DNA of 64,000 nt from Bigelowiella natans CCMP2755 (lineage: Eukaryota > Protista > Cercozoa), in assembly GCA_000320545.1 (NCBI GenBank), contig ADNK01002208.1, positions 62,001 through 126,000 on the forward strand. The letters are read 5' to 3'. Under the pieces are notes generated by a model. That model was given only the letters and a program-made list of their open reading frames with translations, did not search any database and was not told where the DNA came from. Positions 26,065 to 40,171 of this stretch are shown in pieces; position 1 is the stretch's first letter; every line of letters begins with the position of its first letter. A program made the position numbers and the translations under genes.

Positions 26065-27519
26065 TATATGTATCATCAGCTTCAGACGGATAATCATCAT
26101 TCCTCTCGCTCATGAACGCCTTATTTCGAAGGCGACTACTACTACAGAAGTCAATTAACACAATGGAACAACATCAACACATATTCTTTCTTGGACTTTA
26201 TCCGTTTCAGGGCAATAAGGAACAATCGATCGATCGCTGAAAGGAAATCATTCGTGCTTGCATGGGGTCTATTATTCTTCCCATTGTTCATCACCACAAA
26301 TCATTACGATTGATCATATTAGAGATCCCTCTATTGGCACAACCTCTCCTACTATTACTACTACTACTAGTAATAATAATAATAATACTAATAATGAACC
26401 CCATCGGTGTCATAGGAAGAGAATCCATCTTCTGAGCCATATTTCTCTATCCACTCCGATCGAGATATCTAGTAATGTGTCGCACGCGGTGATATGATTG
26501 TAAGATGTTGATGTTGTTGTTGTTGAAGATGATGATTGTATTTGTGACGCATAAAGAATGATCATAACTCTGAAATGCATGTCCACCATATACACACTAT
26601 ACATTGAGGAAAAGGAGCGGGATTTCTCCTCCTCCTCCTCCTCCTCCTCCTCCTCCTACTACTACTACTACTACTACTACTACCAATACTATTAGTCGTT
26701 GTGAATTAAGTAGTTGTCGTCAATCATACCCTTCCATTGCTGTCTGCATCTAAGGATTCAAATCCACGATCACTAGCTTCCTGCACAAGAGCCTCGAGTC
26801 TTTCGAGCGTCTCAGCTGGAACGCTCATATCCTGTGTCGTCGTCGTCGACGTCATCAGCAAGAACACAACAACATCGTCTTGAATATCCTACTACTCATC
26901 TTTCATCATCGTCATCGTTGCACTATTGTTTGTAGAAGCACCACCATACATCTAGAGCTCCTCGTTAATATCATGCGGGTTGTAGTTCGCTATTACTTGG
27001 TTTCGCAAAAAAGACTGACCACCAGTAGAGCGACAGCACCACCACCACCACCACCACCACCACTACTACTACTATCACCACCACTACTTCTGCTACCATA
27101 AGTTCTTTGACCGACTTCCAGGCTATTTGCACCCCTGTGACAACAAAAAGGATGAGACTCAAAGCGAGCTGAACCTGCTGCTTCTCCCTAATACCAATTA
27201 AATAGGTGTATAGCTGGTGCATGCTCTACCAAAAGGAGCAGAAGACATACTATTATTATATTCGTTGATGTTGTGGCTCTCTATCTAATCACTATCATCA
27301 CCTACCTATTGAAAGGACAAGGGCAGCAACCAAAGAACCGGCAAGGGGATCAGCCCAGCGGACGCCTTCGCACGAATTGTGTAGAAGTAGAGGGAAGAAC
27401 AGAAAGGAGGAGAAGGAGGAGGAGGAGGAGGAGGAGGAGGAGGAGGAGGGGGAGGGGGAGGAGGAGGAGAAAAGAGAAATAGAACAAGGTGATATTACGA
27501 ATGAATGCTGGCCGTACAA

Positions 27520-27556
<37 letters not shown>

Positions 27557-28904
27557 CAACGCAGAAATGCAAAGATACTTAACTCCGCATCTCACTACTT
27601 CTGGCTCAAATAATCCTCCTCCTCCTCCTCCTCCTCCTCCTCCTCTTCTTCATCATCATCATCCCTAAACCTACTTACTCTGACCCATGATAGTGCCAAT
27701 TATTCCAATCAGAGCTGTTGCTGACGACATCGCATCGGATCGATGGTGCCTAAATAGACACAACATGTATCATCGTAAAGAGGAGGAGGAGGAGGAGAAG
27801 GAGGAGATATGCCGACCTCGTTTGATTTCATCGCGGTTTCTAAATCATCATCATGATCATCATCATCATCATCATCGTTGGCAGTCACCATGCAGTAGTT
27901 TCCAGCATATCAGATCCCTGTCGTCTGTGGTAGATAGATACAGCGACAACACCGCCCATAATCAGAGTATTAAACTGCTTGACTTTACAGCAGCAGAACA
28001 CGTGTAGTTCATTGAAATAGCAGCAGCAGCCATGGTGCTACTTCTTCTTGCGCATGCTGCTGTTTCTTTTATCATCATCTCTTCACTATCATCATCATCG
28101 TCGTCATCATCGTTATCATTCGCTGCTGCTGCTAGAAATCAGAACCACCACCACTACCTTCCCTCCCTCAGAGTAAGCTGATACAGAACTTCTTTTATTA
28201 AAACAGCAGTTGCTGCGGTGGCGCCGGCTGGATGGTTAAAGTACCGATTTATAAGTCAACCAGAAGATGTTTACATGATGATGGGAGGCAGCTTTCGAAA
28301 GAGAGGAGGACGTATAAGTACTGTCGCACATCGGTTTTTCGCTCTCCATCGAGTTGTGTAGTAAGAGTCGTAGGTGTTCCTAGTGCGTTCAGGGCTGGAA
28401 TCCTCCCTCCCCCCCCCCCTCCTATTTGTTTTCCAACTTTTCATCCCTCTCATTCCGACAAACGACCTGCGACAAGCAAAGGTGCTGAAACAGGATCTAA
28501 CGTGCCAGGAGACGTTATTATGGCGACCGATTGGTGGATCAGCTGTATAGAGATTGATTTAGTGATTAAATGATGATGCTGACGATAACGACGATGATGA
28601 CATCAATAATGGCAAAGGAGACGATAAAGCTGTCACAGAAGTGACGGTGATTCAGTTATCAAGGGTTTTATTTATTTCTGTCTCTCTTCTTTCTGTTTGT
28701 CTTTAGGTAGTAGGTACCTCAACTCCTGCTGCAACCATGAGGAGAGCAACGAATAGAGATCCCACGGTCTCGAATTTGCCAAACCCATAAGGAAACACTT
28801 CGTTGCTGGCAAAACAAAAGCAAGATTAGCAGGAGATGCTGATGAAGTGCAGGGGGGCATGGAGGAGTCATCACAGCATTGCTATTCACTTCTCATACAC
28901 ACAC

Positions 28905-28942
<38 letters not shown>

Positions 28943-29356
28943 CCTTGGTCGCCTAGCAAGCTGAACACATATCAGGGTAACAAAGTGACCAACGATGTCT
29001 GCAAGGCTGTGAAATTTTGGGAGAGGGTAGAGGATAATAGATAGAATTTGTTAATATCTTCATTTCAGTGTTATAATCGCGCGTGATGCCATCAGCACAG
29101 GATTGATGGTTCCGGACACCACCACCCCCACCAGTACAAGATCCCAATTTCTACGTAGTATGCCGTTGTTGTTACCTGTGTAAGGCGTCTGCTAAGAGAG
29201 CAGGCGAACGTGCAACTGTGCCTACCCCGGCCTGAAAATTACAATAATGAGAATGGAGGTAATATCGTTCAACGTTTTCAACGCAGCAGCAGCAGCAGCA
29301 GGAGCATCATCATCATCGTCATCATCTCCCAGGAAGCAGCACCACTAACCCCTATT

Positions 29357-29388
<32 letters not shown>

Positions 29389-29444
29389 TATCATTGTATA
29401 GCATTTTTTTTTTAAATAAAGTTATCGTCCATATGCTGCTATCA

Positions 29445-29495
<51 letters not shown>

Positions 29496-30407
29496 TTACA
29501 CATTGGGAAATGAACTTATATCATTCTCGCTGGTTGGTGATCGATCCATCATCATCAGAGATCAAAAGGACGTAGGATATGTGACAACTACTAAGAGATA
29601 ATTACTCCAAGGACCTTAACTGCCGTGAGCAAAATGTCGCCATAGATCCCCAGCCAAACAACCCTGTTTTTTCATAAAGAAATTGCATTATGTTGGTAGG
29701 CACGATCATCATTGGCTATGCTTACGAAGTGATTGTTCTTATGTTGCGTAGGTGGTGGCGACGGTCACTACCTCCTAGCGCTCTTTACTTTCGCAGCATC
29801 CGACTCCGTGCTCGACCCCATCAATTCTGCCACATACGACGACGACGACGACGACGAATTGTATTTATCGACACACGCAAATTCGTCATTATGATTTCCT
29901 CCGAAAAAATACTCAACGTCATGACCAAATTACTTCTTCTTCTTCTTCTTCTTCCGCAGCATGCATACATGCCCAACAACAAAGACGGTATTTATCCGTA
30001 GCCATTGCATCGCGCTTAGGTACATTACCATGATCGTGGTCGTCGTGATCATCACCATCGTGAATTATAAGGTCCTTGAAAAATCCCCTTATCCTTGCGA
30101 TAGCTCCATTATTTTCCCTTCCAGCATCAGGGGTGGCAGGGTTTAATGTTGTTGCTGTTGAGCTCGTGACTAGTTTGGAGTTAGAACTTCGTCGGTAGAA
30201 GCCTGGCGTCATTGCGTACTGTCCACCGGCAGTTGTAATACCGCTATCATGTATGACTACTCTTTGTTGAAAGCTTTGGGGCGGTTTGGGATAAGTATAG
30301 ACAAAGCGATGTCGTAGTTTGGAAGAAGCCATGAAGGGCCTCGGTGTAGCTGCTGATGCTGTGACTGCTCTTGTGGCGGATGCACAGGAGCAAAGGAGGC
30401 CCATCAT
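25328..30407 (-). CDS. Cation diffusion facilitator (MMT1/MTP6/FieF-like) metal transporter, many small exons
   Basis: Exons encode ALLADALH, LADIVGHFVTL, FPYGFGKFETVGSL, IKEVLY, HHRSDAMSS, WADPLAG and RARKMG, i.e. the CDF TM2/TM5 metal sites. Presequence-like N-terminus. Confidence 0.88.
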
Positions 30408-30995
30408 GGAAACGATCTAAATCATTTCCATAAGTAACCAATAAGAAGGAGAATGGAACCGTGATATGTCATAACAATGAGGAGATGATAAAGGAGGAAA
30501 AAGTACTGGTACCATGTAACGGCAACTGATCATCCCGGCCAAGTTCTTCTGATACGTGTCAGAGCTTCCGCCGTGCTTCCCGACACCAAGAAACTTCTTC
30601 TTCACTCTTTTGTTAGCACCTTGTTTCTAGCTTTCACAGCGTGTCTTGGGCAATTGCCAATCGTCCCGATGGGTCGACGAAGCGAATGGAGGATGCCCGT
30701 TCAGTTTTAAGACACATATGGCCATATTTCCCTCAGTAAATATCCTCAGAATCGATAAATATACCAGGTTCGTAAAGTACGACTACATTACTGAACACGA
30801 TTCTGCAGCAACTGCACTTTCCTCTCTTTCCCTTCTGCTGACCAGATACCGCCCCGAGACTCTCCAGCGAAGAACCTGACCGGGGAGGTCCGTGAGTATC
30901 GCACGGAAAACCGGGATTAATCTGGAAAAAGCCGGTTAATTTTTTTAAGCAAGAGAACTGGAAAAAGGGATACGAAACACAATCCACCCATTCTC

Positions 30996-31974
30996 ATGTC
31001 CACACAGATAACCACCTCCCCTCGTGCCATGGCATGCACGCTTCTTCTCATCGTAGCTGGCCTGTGGCAATTCGGATGCTTTTCCTCAGCTTCATCTCTA
31101 GGCCATGCTGCTGCTGTCAGATCGACCGGTAAGCCAGCAGGCATGATGCTCCGTAGGAACGGGTGTAACTCTTTGAGGAAATACGCAACCACTTCTTCTC
31201 TTCAACGTCACACCCGTAGCCAAGCCCTTGATGCAGCCGCCGGTGGAGCTGAGATGGATGGACAGGATGCTGAGATGCCTCCTGGTTTCTGGGAATACGC
31301 CCTCCGCGATGAGGACCTCACACGTGGAGGTCGTAGAATAGTGCAGGTGGCAACACCCTTCTCTCCACAAGGAGGCAAAAAGATTATCGTCGCACGCGTC
31401 GGAAAAGAAGCAGGTGTCTACGCTTTCGAGTACATGTGCCCGCACCTTGGTGTCAGCCTTGCAGACGGAAAGTTCGGAGTAACGAGTGATGGTCTCACGA
31501 TTGAGTGCTCACAGCACAAGAGCGTCTTCAACATCGAGTAAGTAACACAGTCTGCTTGCCATTTTACAGCATCAAAAATTTTCTTCTCGTATGTACTTTC
31601 TTATCAAAACGTGGCTAATTGCTGAGGAGTAAACGATCCCTGTTATGTGGTGTGTTCGTGAGAATATATCTCCCATGATTATTTGCACTTGTCTTTGTCA
31701 TGCTCACTTTCTCTGTTGGCTACAACATACAACATCCATAATAAGTATGTGTTAACATTAAACGTGTGGATTTTACAGGAATGGTGGTTGCGTCGACTGG
31801 CTGCCAGGAGGAGGATGGAACACCCTCCAAAGAATTGTTACTCCAGCATGTAATCTTCTTACCTACCCTACTCTCGTACGGGATGGAAACATCTTCGTCG
31901 ATATGTCTAAGGCTAAAGTGCGAGGAAACTTCGAAGAATGGGTGGAAGATAGGCCAAAGATGAAGAAAAATTAA
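30996..31974 (+). CDS. Rieske [2Fe-2S] ferredoxin-like protein, probably plastid-targeted, 2 exons
   Basis: CPHLG...ECSQHKSVFNIE|NGGCVDWLP with intact CxH and CxxH ligands. Signal peptide + transit-like leader. Confidence 0.9.
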
Positions 31975-32708
31975 AAAAAGATACTTAGATTCACCAAGTA
32001 AACCGTCTAGACCATATCAAAATTTTCACTGATAAACACGAAATGATGAACTTCTCGAGCGGCCTTTCTACGATTACGGATGTGTTGGTCAGCACGCTCA
32101 TTGCTGCACAAATTATATTTGTAGTGGTAGCGAACATTGCTCCGCTAATTACTTGTACAAATTCTAATCACGCAACAAATGTCAAGTCAAAATTCTCGGT
32201 GTGATACGTCATGCACGACGTGCACTTTAAAGCACTCGATCATTTATTTAGGCACATTAAGTCCATATACATGCAAATAGAAACATGCACGCACATCTAT
32301 AGATATGGACAGCATATGTACATCATATACACGGCTGAATTTAGCCATCTAGGCATGCAAATTCGTACGACTGGATTTTCCCCCATCATGTTGGCCACAT
32401 TCTAGACATTGCTTGATTGCAATGTCTAGATGTGATGCGACGTGCATTTTTCGCAATTGCTGGCACATCTAGACATGGCAATGCTCAGAATGACTGCGTG
32501 CGCATGCACGACGTGGCGGTACGGTTGTTTGCCTCTAGCTCTCTAGCTCTAGCAGTGCTAGCTGGCATGTGCTCAAACATCACATTACATGCATGGCTAG
32601 TTGTCAACGTGTCTCAGATTTCTTGACGATCACATTTTTCGGTAAAATGACCTTTGAATTTCCGCTGTAGTAAATTTCATTTTGACAAAAAATGTTGTGG
32701 TTTTCATA

Positions 32709-34975
32709 ATGCGACAAGGTGAAAAGCTTGTCGCAGTCTACAATCGTTGCCGACCAGGTGGTAGTCGTTCCGAGAGCACACATGCGACGACGTAACAGAG
32801 CACCATCCCCCCCCTTCCTTTCTTGCTCGCTCAGTCTTCCACGCTCAAAATGACAGCTGTCCGGCGACGCAAGGTGTTGTTATAACACTGATGCAAAAGT
32901 ATTTCGATGACGAAGTGGTTGTCGTCAACAGTGGTTCGCTCCGAGGGCACCAGAGAATGACAATGGCGAGCCCAATGACGATCAGGATGATGATGATGGC
33001 AACAAGCAGAAGAAAACGCATAGATCACAGTTGAATAATTCACCCAATACAACAAACAAAACAAAAATGTACAAACAGACGAAGAGTCAAAAAGCCATAC
33101 TTGTCTTTCTTAGTAGATCCTTTTCCTCCTTTTCTCGTCATGTCAGGCGATTGTGGAGAATGGTCTTGCTCGCCACGTTCTGTGGGGTAATAATATGTGC
33201 AAGTGCCGATTGAGTCGGGAGGAGTGATTGAAAGAAATATTATTGACTAACTACCGCATTGGGAATCGTAGATGATCCCAGGAGTGTTCGCATTGAATGC
33301 CTACCTGGTACTTATTATTATGGGATAGTAATCAGGACCTCCACATATAACTATCTTAGTTGTTCTGAACTGCTTCCTCTCGATCTTATCACTATCAGGA
33401 GTTTGGAGTGCACGCTCTCATTCCTGTCCGCTTCCAATACCTTGGACATTCGGCCGCCCACTGGCAAGCTGAGATCCTGCCAATGAGAACAATCCTCATG
33501 ATCGGGGGTCCTCATCGAGGAGGTGGGTAGGTAGGAGTGGTGGAAGAAGCACTTGTTTTGGATGATACACCCATGTATATGTAGACTAGATGAATGCAGT
33601 TGTTCTATTGGTGACGGAGATAGTAGCCGCTTGGACGGTTTTCGAGAGAGGAGAGAAGTATGGTTCTATGATGTAACACTGATGATGCCTGATATGCACA
33701 TCGAGAAAGGTAAGAAGCGAAGGGAGCTCTAGACCGCAAATGAAATCTACTCACATTGCCTTGATGGCAGCAGACCCTGTCGCCGTAACTGGATGTTGCT
33801 TTGTTTGTTTTGGATATTCGTGTGACATTCCCCGTCATTGCTTGCAACCCAGGAACTACCATCTTATGGAAGTGCATTCGAGAGCATCCTGACATATCGA
33901 ATTTCGGCGACACAACAGACACCGCTGCTCGTAATCCATTAATTTTTACGATATATGCTGTTAATGCAAAAGCAAGAGAATAAAATCTTCTTCCTCTGGC
34001 CACTCATATACCATCCAAATAATAGCTCTATCAGAGGGGATCTTCATGCAGGAAGTATATCCGCACTTTGGCCTGGGGTAAGTGTAACTCCACCGACGAT
34101 TTATGTAAAGAGGAGGAGGAAGGGGCGATAATCTTTCTCTCACGGCAGAGCGTGAGGTATTCCTTTTACGTTCACCATCAGCAAAGAGCCCATAGGAGGA
34201 CACAATAACAGGCATCCTTGGAAAAGGTGACGACGATATAGTAACGAATACTTTGCTTGCTACGAGAAGCAAAAGAAAAAGAGAAGGAGACATGGGATTC
34301 CAAAAACCCCGCGGAAAGGAAAAACTGAATCTTGTTACTTTATTTTCGTCTATCCTCTTCCTTGACCTGTCTTTCTTCCTCTCTCGTCTAGCTTCCATGG
34401 GGGACTAGGACAGTATGCACTTCAACAAGAAGCTAAGGTTGTTGCTGCCAAAGCTCACAAATATACGTGCCGCCTCTGATGAGAGAATAAACTTGTCTCT
34501 GAGATAGAAACCTGCAACTTCTGCGCCCCCCTCCCCTATCCCCCCCCCTTTTCATAGATTCATCTTACCGAGAAAAGTGAGCTAATAACTGAGGAAAACC
34601 AGGCGAAACTATTGAATAGATTTGGGTGCGTTGAGAAAGTGGCTTTCTAACAGTTACAACTGTCGTCTTTCGGGCCGTTTTGACGATGTTTTCCATTCAT
34701 ATTGCTCCTCCACTTTAGGTACTTCTGGAACATGTCTAAGCCAGTCCTCCTGGAGAAGGTGCTCTCCTATCTCCCTCCCCTCTCTATTTGCCTTCGTGTT
34801 ACTTCGATGGTCGAAGGAGACTGAAAGGGAAGAACTAGATTTAGCCCTTTGCACCGAGTGTTTCTGGTGATTTGAACTCACGTGTCCGTCCTTCCCCCCC
34901 CCCCCCCCCCATCCCATCAGAGTCCTCCAAATGCCGTCATCAGCCGTTTTCTCCAAGCTTTGATCAATCTCAATG

Positions 34976-35014
<39 letters not shown>

Positions 35015-35290
35015 ACAACCATCATCAATCGATTATAATATCAGCCTACTGTAATACTACCAAAACAGCTATCTAACGAGTCGCCATTAGGATTGATTTT
35101 ATGAATAATTGAACCCATGATGTAATATAATAAAAGCTCTGCTTTTCCCTGCAAAAACTACTATCTACCAAGGTCCAATCACACGAATCTCAAGTGAATA
35201 GCAACGATGTTGCTCGTTTCTTGTTCATTACGCGTCACCCTCTTGCAAATGCTCTCGCTCATCGGGTAGTGGTAGTGGTAGTAGTAGTAT

Positions 35291-35322
<32 letters not shown>

Positions 35323-35450
35323 TAGGATTAGTAGTAGGAATAAGCACGGCTAGTAGAGTTACGAGCAAGGAGTAAATAAATGAAAGAGCTTTTGATATAA
35401 AATCAATTTTTTTATAAACTCACCTTCGCTCTTACCGAGAAAGAGAGAAT

Positions 35451-35492
<42 letters not shown>

Positions 35493-35793
35493 GAAGAAAG
35501 GAGGGCGATGCAGCCCTCTACTTATTCTGATTGATGGTTGCTTGCAGGACATGTGAGTCGAATCAGACTATTAGCATCATCATCGCTGTTGTTGTCTTCT
35601 CCCCCCCCACCCCCCCACCCCCCTCTTGTTTCTCCTAATTATGGATGTCATTATTTAAATACAGGCGTGGCCCTTCTGTAGGCGAATGCCTCTGATTCGT
35701 ATAGTAGAGAACTGGGTGATGCATGCATGATCTAATCCACAAACATCCGCATACATTCACACCGACAGGCAGAGAGGATTAGGAAGAGAGAGA

Positions 35794-35825
<32 letters not shown>

Positions 35826-36288
35826 AATGAATACTACACTAATTTTGTATTTCACTTCAAATGACGTATAGACATTAATAGTATCATTGGCTACAAATGC
35901 TGTTGTAGTCGTCAGATGGTAGACCGTCATTCTCGCCATCATCTTCTCGGGTCTTGTTTTTGGGAGGATCATGATGTAGTAGTGCCTATGTATTTGAGAT
36001 ATGTATATAATATCAGGTGAGAGTAAATGAGTATATGCTTCAAGATATGGATCATCTCCAACATGTCAAATGTGCGGTTACGAGGATACAGAGAAGAAGA
36101 AGAAGAAGAAGAAGAAGAAGAAGGAAATGATGATACTATGAAAATCCATACCAAACCACACACATACGACGTTAGAGAGAGAATGTGCTCTGCACGTCTT
36201 GCTACGTATCTCTCCTTTGAGTAACGTAAACACATGCTGCTCATACATTGCTCGACGTAATCATGCTTACATTATCGGGTGATTGGGG

Positions 36289-36325
<37 letters not shown>

Positions 36326-36518
36326 TATATTCTCAGTATTGAAAATGGAGGAGTTTCAAACAGATCCTGACCGTTATCTAAGAGGTAGTAGAAGCAAGTT
36401 GCTCCGTGTGGGCAGTGCGGACATTTCCAAAGAACATAATATGACGAAGATGCGACAACTTGGATACATTACTACTACACATACTCTTATAATAAGATCT
36501 TCTGGCTGTAAATATGTA

Positions 36519-36556
<38 letters not shown>

Positions 36557-36745
36557 CAGTGTTATCAGCTGCCTATACGATTAGTTTGCTGCTATGTGTT
36601 TCTTACAATATATCGTACTCAAGATGTATTTGAGTGGATCGGTTTGGACCCAGACAAAGCAGCAAACCGCACGACTCTTGTGCACCAAAACACCAATCAA
36701 AAATACAAGTACGATGACCTGTAAGAGCAAGATCAGCAAGTCAAA

Positions 36746-36777
<32 letters not shown>

Positions 36778-37113
36778 AGAAGAAAATGTTCCCATCTTCA
36801 GTAGTAGTAGGAGGAGGAGTTGTAGTGATAGTAGTATTAGTAGCATGAGTTAACGAATTAGAAGGGTGGGTAGCAATCCAGCATATTTGAGGATTTTTAT
36901 GATGAAAAAACGGACAAAGCTAATTCAGTCCTTTTCTCTTCCTCCTAACATGCACCATACCAGAAAGAGGTATTGCAAGTGGCTTGAAGACCATCGCGAC
37001 GAACATGCCCAGCTGGAAACGATGTTCGGAGATCGAGTGATGTTTGCCCGAAATAGTATAGCAGTTACGATTGCCATGAATATACGTACTCGTTTGCATG
37101 TGGGCAAAAAATA
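32709..37113 (+). CDS. PAPS-dependent sulfotransferase (Sulfotransfer_3-like), many small exons
   Basis: Spliced ILMIGGPHRG|GTTILWKCIREHPDISNFG (5'-PSB loop), SEGIFMQEVYP, VLLEK|SPPNAVISRFLQAL, RFLFITRHPLANA (3'-PB) and LKMEEFQTDP. Both ends approximate. Confidence 0.85.
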
Positions 37114-37324
37114 GAATGGTTGTTGTCTTGCTCTTACGGCACTGATTGACGATATTTAAATACCACGGCTTCGGTTAAGTCTCTACAGCGGGAAGCTTGC
37201 AGGGGGCATGCATGATACAGGGGGGGGGACCTTGATTGATTTTAACCCAGTCTCCCTGCTATACAGATAAGAAGAATAGGCTACGAAATCCAAGAGGTGA
37301 TAGGTTGCTGTGTGCTCTAGTCAG

Positions 37325-37368
<44 letters not shown>

Positions 37369-37683
37369 ACATAGCACGAATTGCTAAGGTGCCGTTCCAA
37401 TTTCCTCGACAAATACAACGATTTTGGTTGTGTGTGTGTTATGCTATGCCTTGATGCTTTATGTAAGTGGTCGCAATGTGCTTCGAATCGTCATCCTTCT
37501 GAGGAATAAAAGAGCAGATCGACGTGCCAGGGAAGGAACAGCTCAGTTGATGAAACAATGGCGTGCAGATGTGCAGCAGGAAATATATACTCTATCTGTT
37601 TCGGTCACCACGGCACATACAATCGTGATAAACTACGCACACCATCATTACACAGTAGTCGACAAATCTAGAAAGTCGTAGGA

Positions 37684-37810
37684 CTCGGTTGCACGTACTC
37701 TTTACAATGACAAACGATCGTAACCTAGGACTCGCTAGCTCGGTTGCACGTGCTCTGTGCAATGATAAACGATCGTGAGGCATCAACATCGCGGACATCA
37801 ACATCGCGGA
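37684..37810. repeat. 40-bp diverged tandem duplication plus a 15-bp perfect direct repeat
   Basis: 37684-37723 versus 37739-37778 (5 mismatches); catcaacatcgcgga x2 at 37781-37810. Confidence 0.9.
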
Positions 37811-38211
37811 CGGAAGCACATCTAGATGGCCGCCTAGACTCGTTGCATTGTTCCATCATTGCATGCCACATTGTGAACAAGCGTGAAGCGCAATGGCTTG
37901 CATGACAGCACGGCAGATCGAATTGGCGCTCAATGTGCGCGTAAATGAGGCTACACTCTGTCTCGATCGCTCAGATCCATAGTAGGCATCTAATTCGTCG
38001 GTTGCATACGACGCACGTTGTGTCACAGGCTAGCAGGAGCAGCTACTTTGCATCTGATGAAGGCCCAGTAGCGCAATGAGCGCATGATGGCATGCATGTG
38101 CGACTAGAAATGGCAGCACATGTGAACGTTCATGTCCAGGTTTTGCACGTGTGTGTGTACAAAAGAGACGGGATCCGACATGCTGAGAGTCTCAAATGTC
38201 CCACACCATCA

Positions 38212-38266
<55 letters not shown>

Positions 38267-38271
38267 CTCTC

Positions 38272-38834
38272 TCACATAAACGATTCTATTGCCCGAACAA
38301 GTGCCTTCACTTGGCCAAGGGTGATGCCAATACCTACCATCATGGACGAAAGAGTATCAGATTGGGTGTTCGATACTGCGAAGAAAACGATGGGTGACTA
38401 CTTCTCATCTCCTCTGGGGAAAGCGATAAGAGTGACTCTCCATCAATGTCCTCTTCGACCAGCTTTGCGATCTGCATGATGCGTTCCCACATAAGCAAAG
38501 AGAGACAAACGCATCACGTGCAGTGTGCTCCCTACCGTTTTTTCCTTAATCCCAAAATCCTTACCGCTCTTTTCGAGCCATGATTTCACCTGTGCACCAT
38601 CATTGCTATTTAACCCAGCTCTATACTTTCATTATACGGCTATTCACGTCGTCGTCGTCGTCTCCACAACAAATAGTAGACCAACGATATCTAAGTGAGG
38701 TTTGGTTGCTGCCTGATCTTCCTTCCAATCAGCTACATCTCCACGGTAGATGGCTCCTACAACCATGACCACGAATCAGTAACACACCATGTAGTCCTTA
38801 TAATCGTCCACAGCATCTAAATTCAACCTTGCTA

Positions 38835-38865
<31 letters not shown>

Positions 38866-40134
38866 CTTAGAAGTTCTTCCACCATCATGCCATTACCCAC
38901 CGTCTCCACCGCCGTATCATCAATATGCTGTCTTTCTCTATAATAACTGCGCTTCGGACAGCAAGTTACTACTACCTTGCTCGTCGTCTTTGCCTTGATC
39001 AGGATTATCATCGTCGAAAAGAGAATCAAACCCATCGACGACGACACTTGCACCAGCAGCAGCACCCCAACTAAATAATATGTCGTTCTTCAGTAACAAT
39101 TCTACTCTTTTAAACGCAACTTGATTCCTTCCCCTCCATCCTTCCCCCCCACCCCCCTCCGTTTTCTTCGTTTGTTGGGAAATTGTAAGAATAGGCCAGG
39201 CAACCTCACCCTTTCTTCTTCGTCGGCACCGTTGCCGTCGGGGTGACGGATGGACTCGTCGCTTTTTGTACGACAGGTATCGTAGCGGTAAGATCCGGAT
39301 TATCACGAGGCAAAGCCTGTTCTCGACCCATTATTCTCTGGGGCGGCGATGTTTCCTTCCTCGCCTTATCCAAGATTATCGTGCTCTCTTTCTGATCTGG
39401 ATTGCTGCTTTTTTTCAGGTCGCTTTGAGCAGGTGGCAAAGGGCGAGGAGTGCCGACGTCCTCCTGCTTCTTTGCTGCAAGAATAGGTTTCCCCTCCTTT
39501 TGTCCCGGAGTTGCTCGTATTCCTCCCCCCTTTTTCCCAGAGGAGGGTTTACCTTTTTCAAAAAAGAGGGGGGGGGATGAGAAGTGTTTGCCTGGGTTGT
39601 TTATTGTTGCTGTTGTGTATTATCTCTAAAGCAGTCTCCTATTTGGAACCTAATCAAATCTATAATTTCACCATTTCAAATGTCCTTTTTTTTGCCTTAA
39701 TTGGCAAGATAGCAGGAGAACGAAAAAAGTATAGCGTTATACATCAAAGAGTCGATACTACTACTACTACTACTAGTAGTAGTAGTAAAGGTTGTAGTAG
39801 TACCTGCTTTTGGAATATCCCTCCCAACATGCAGTACGGAGAATTGATGAACAGATTCATCGGCATGATTACGACCTGCCAAACACCATCAGCAGCATTA
39901 GCAAGGGGAAGAGCTCACTTATGCTGTTGCTTGGAAGAAAGAAAAAGAGGAAAAGGATGCGTCGTCGTTGTCATCATGATGATCATCATCATCATCATCA
40001 TTATCGTCATCACTGAAGATACGAAATTGTGTAGTGAATTGCCTCCTATGATGCACAGGTCGTTGGTTTCGTCATCGAAGATCTCCACAGTGTGCGACCC
40101 GGTAGGGGGACTGATTGATCACAAGCAAACATTA

Positions 40135-40171
<37 letters not shown>

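Noticed and set aside
32831-34956. Minus-strand ORFs suggesting a separate hydrolase-like gene
   Set aside because: The + strand splices into a coherent sulfotransferase with both PAPS motifs, so the minus ORFs are shadows.
36290-36550. Similar ~30-bp lengths of many (TA)n/(AG)n tracts as a biological length rule
   Set aside because: Could equally be assembler collapse of SSRs; untestable without reads.
38335-38402. Apparent frame disruption inside the SAM domain
   Set aside because: Resolved by a phase-1 GT-AG intron (AGA A|gtag...gtag|GT ATT).
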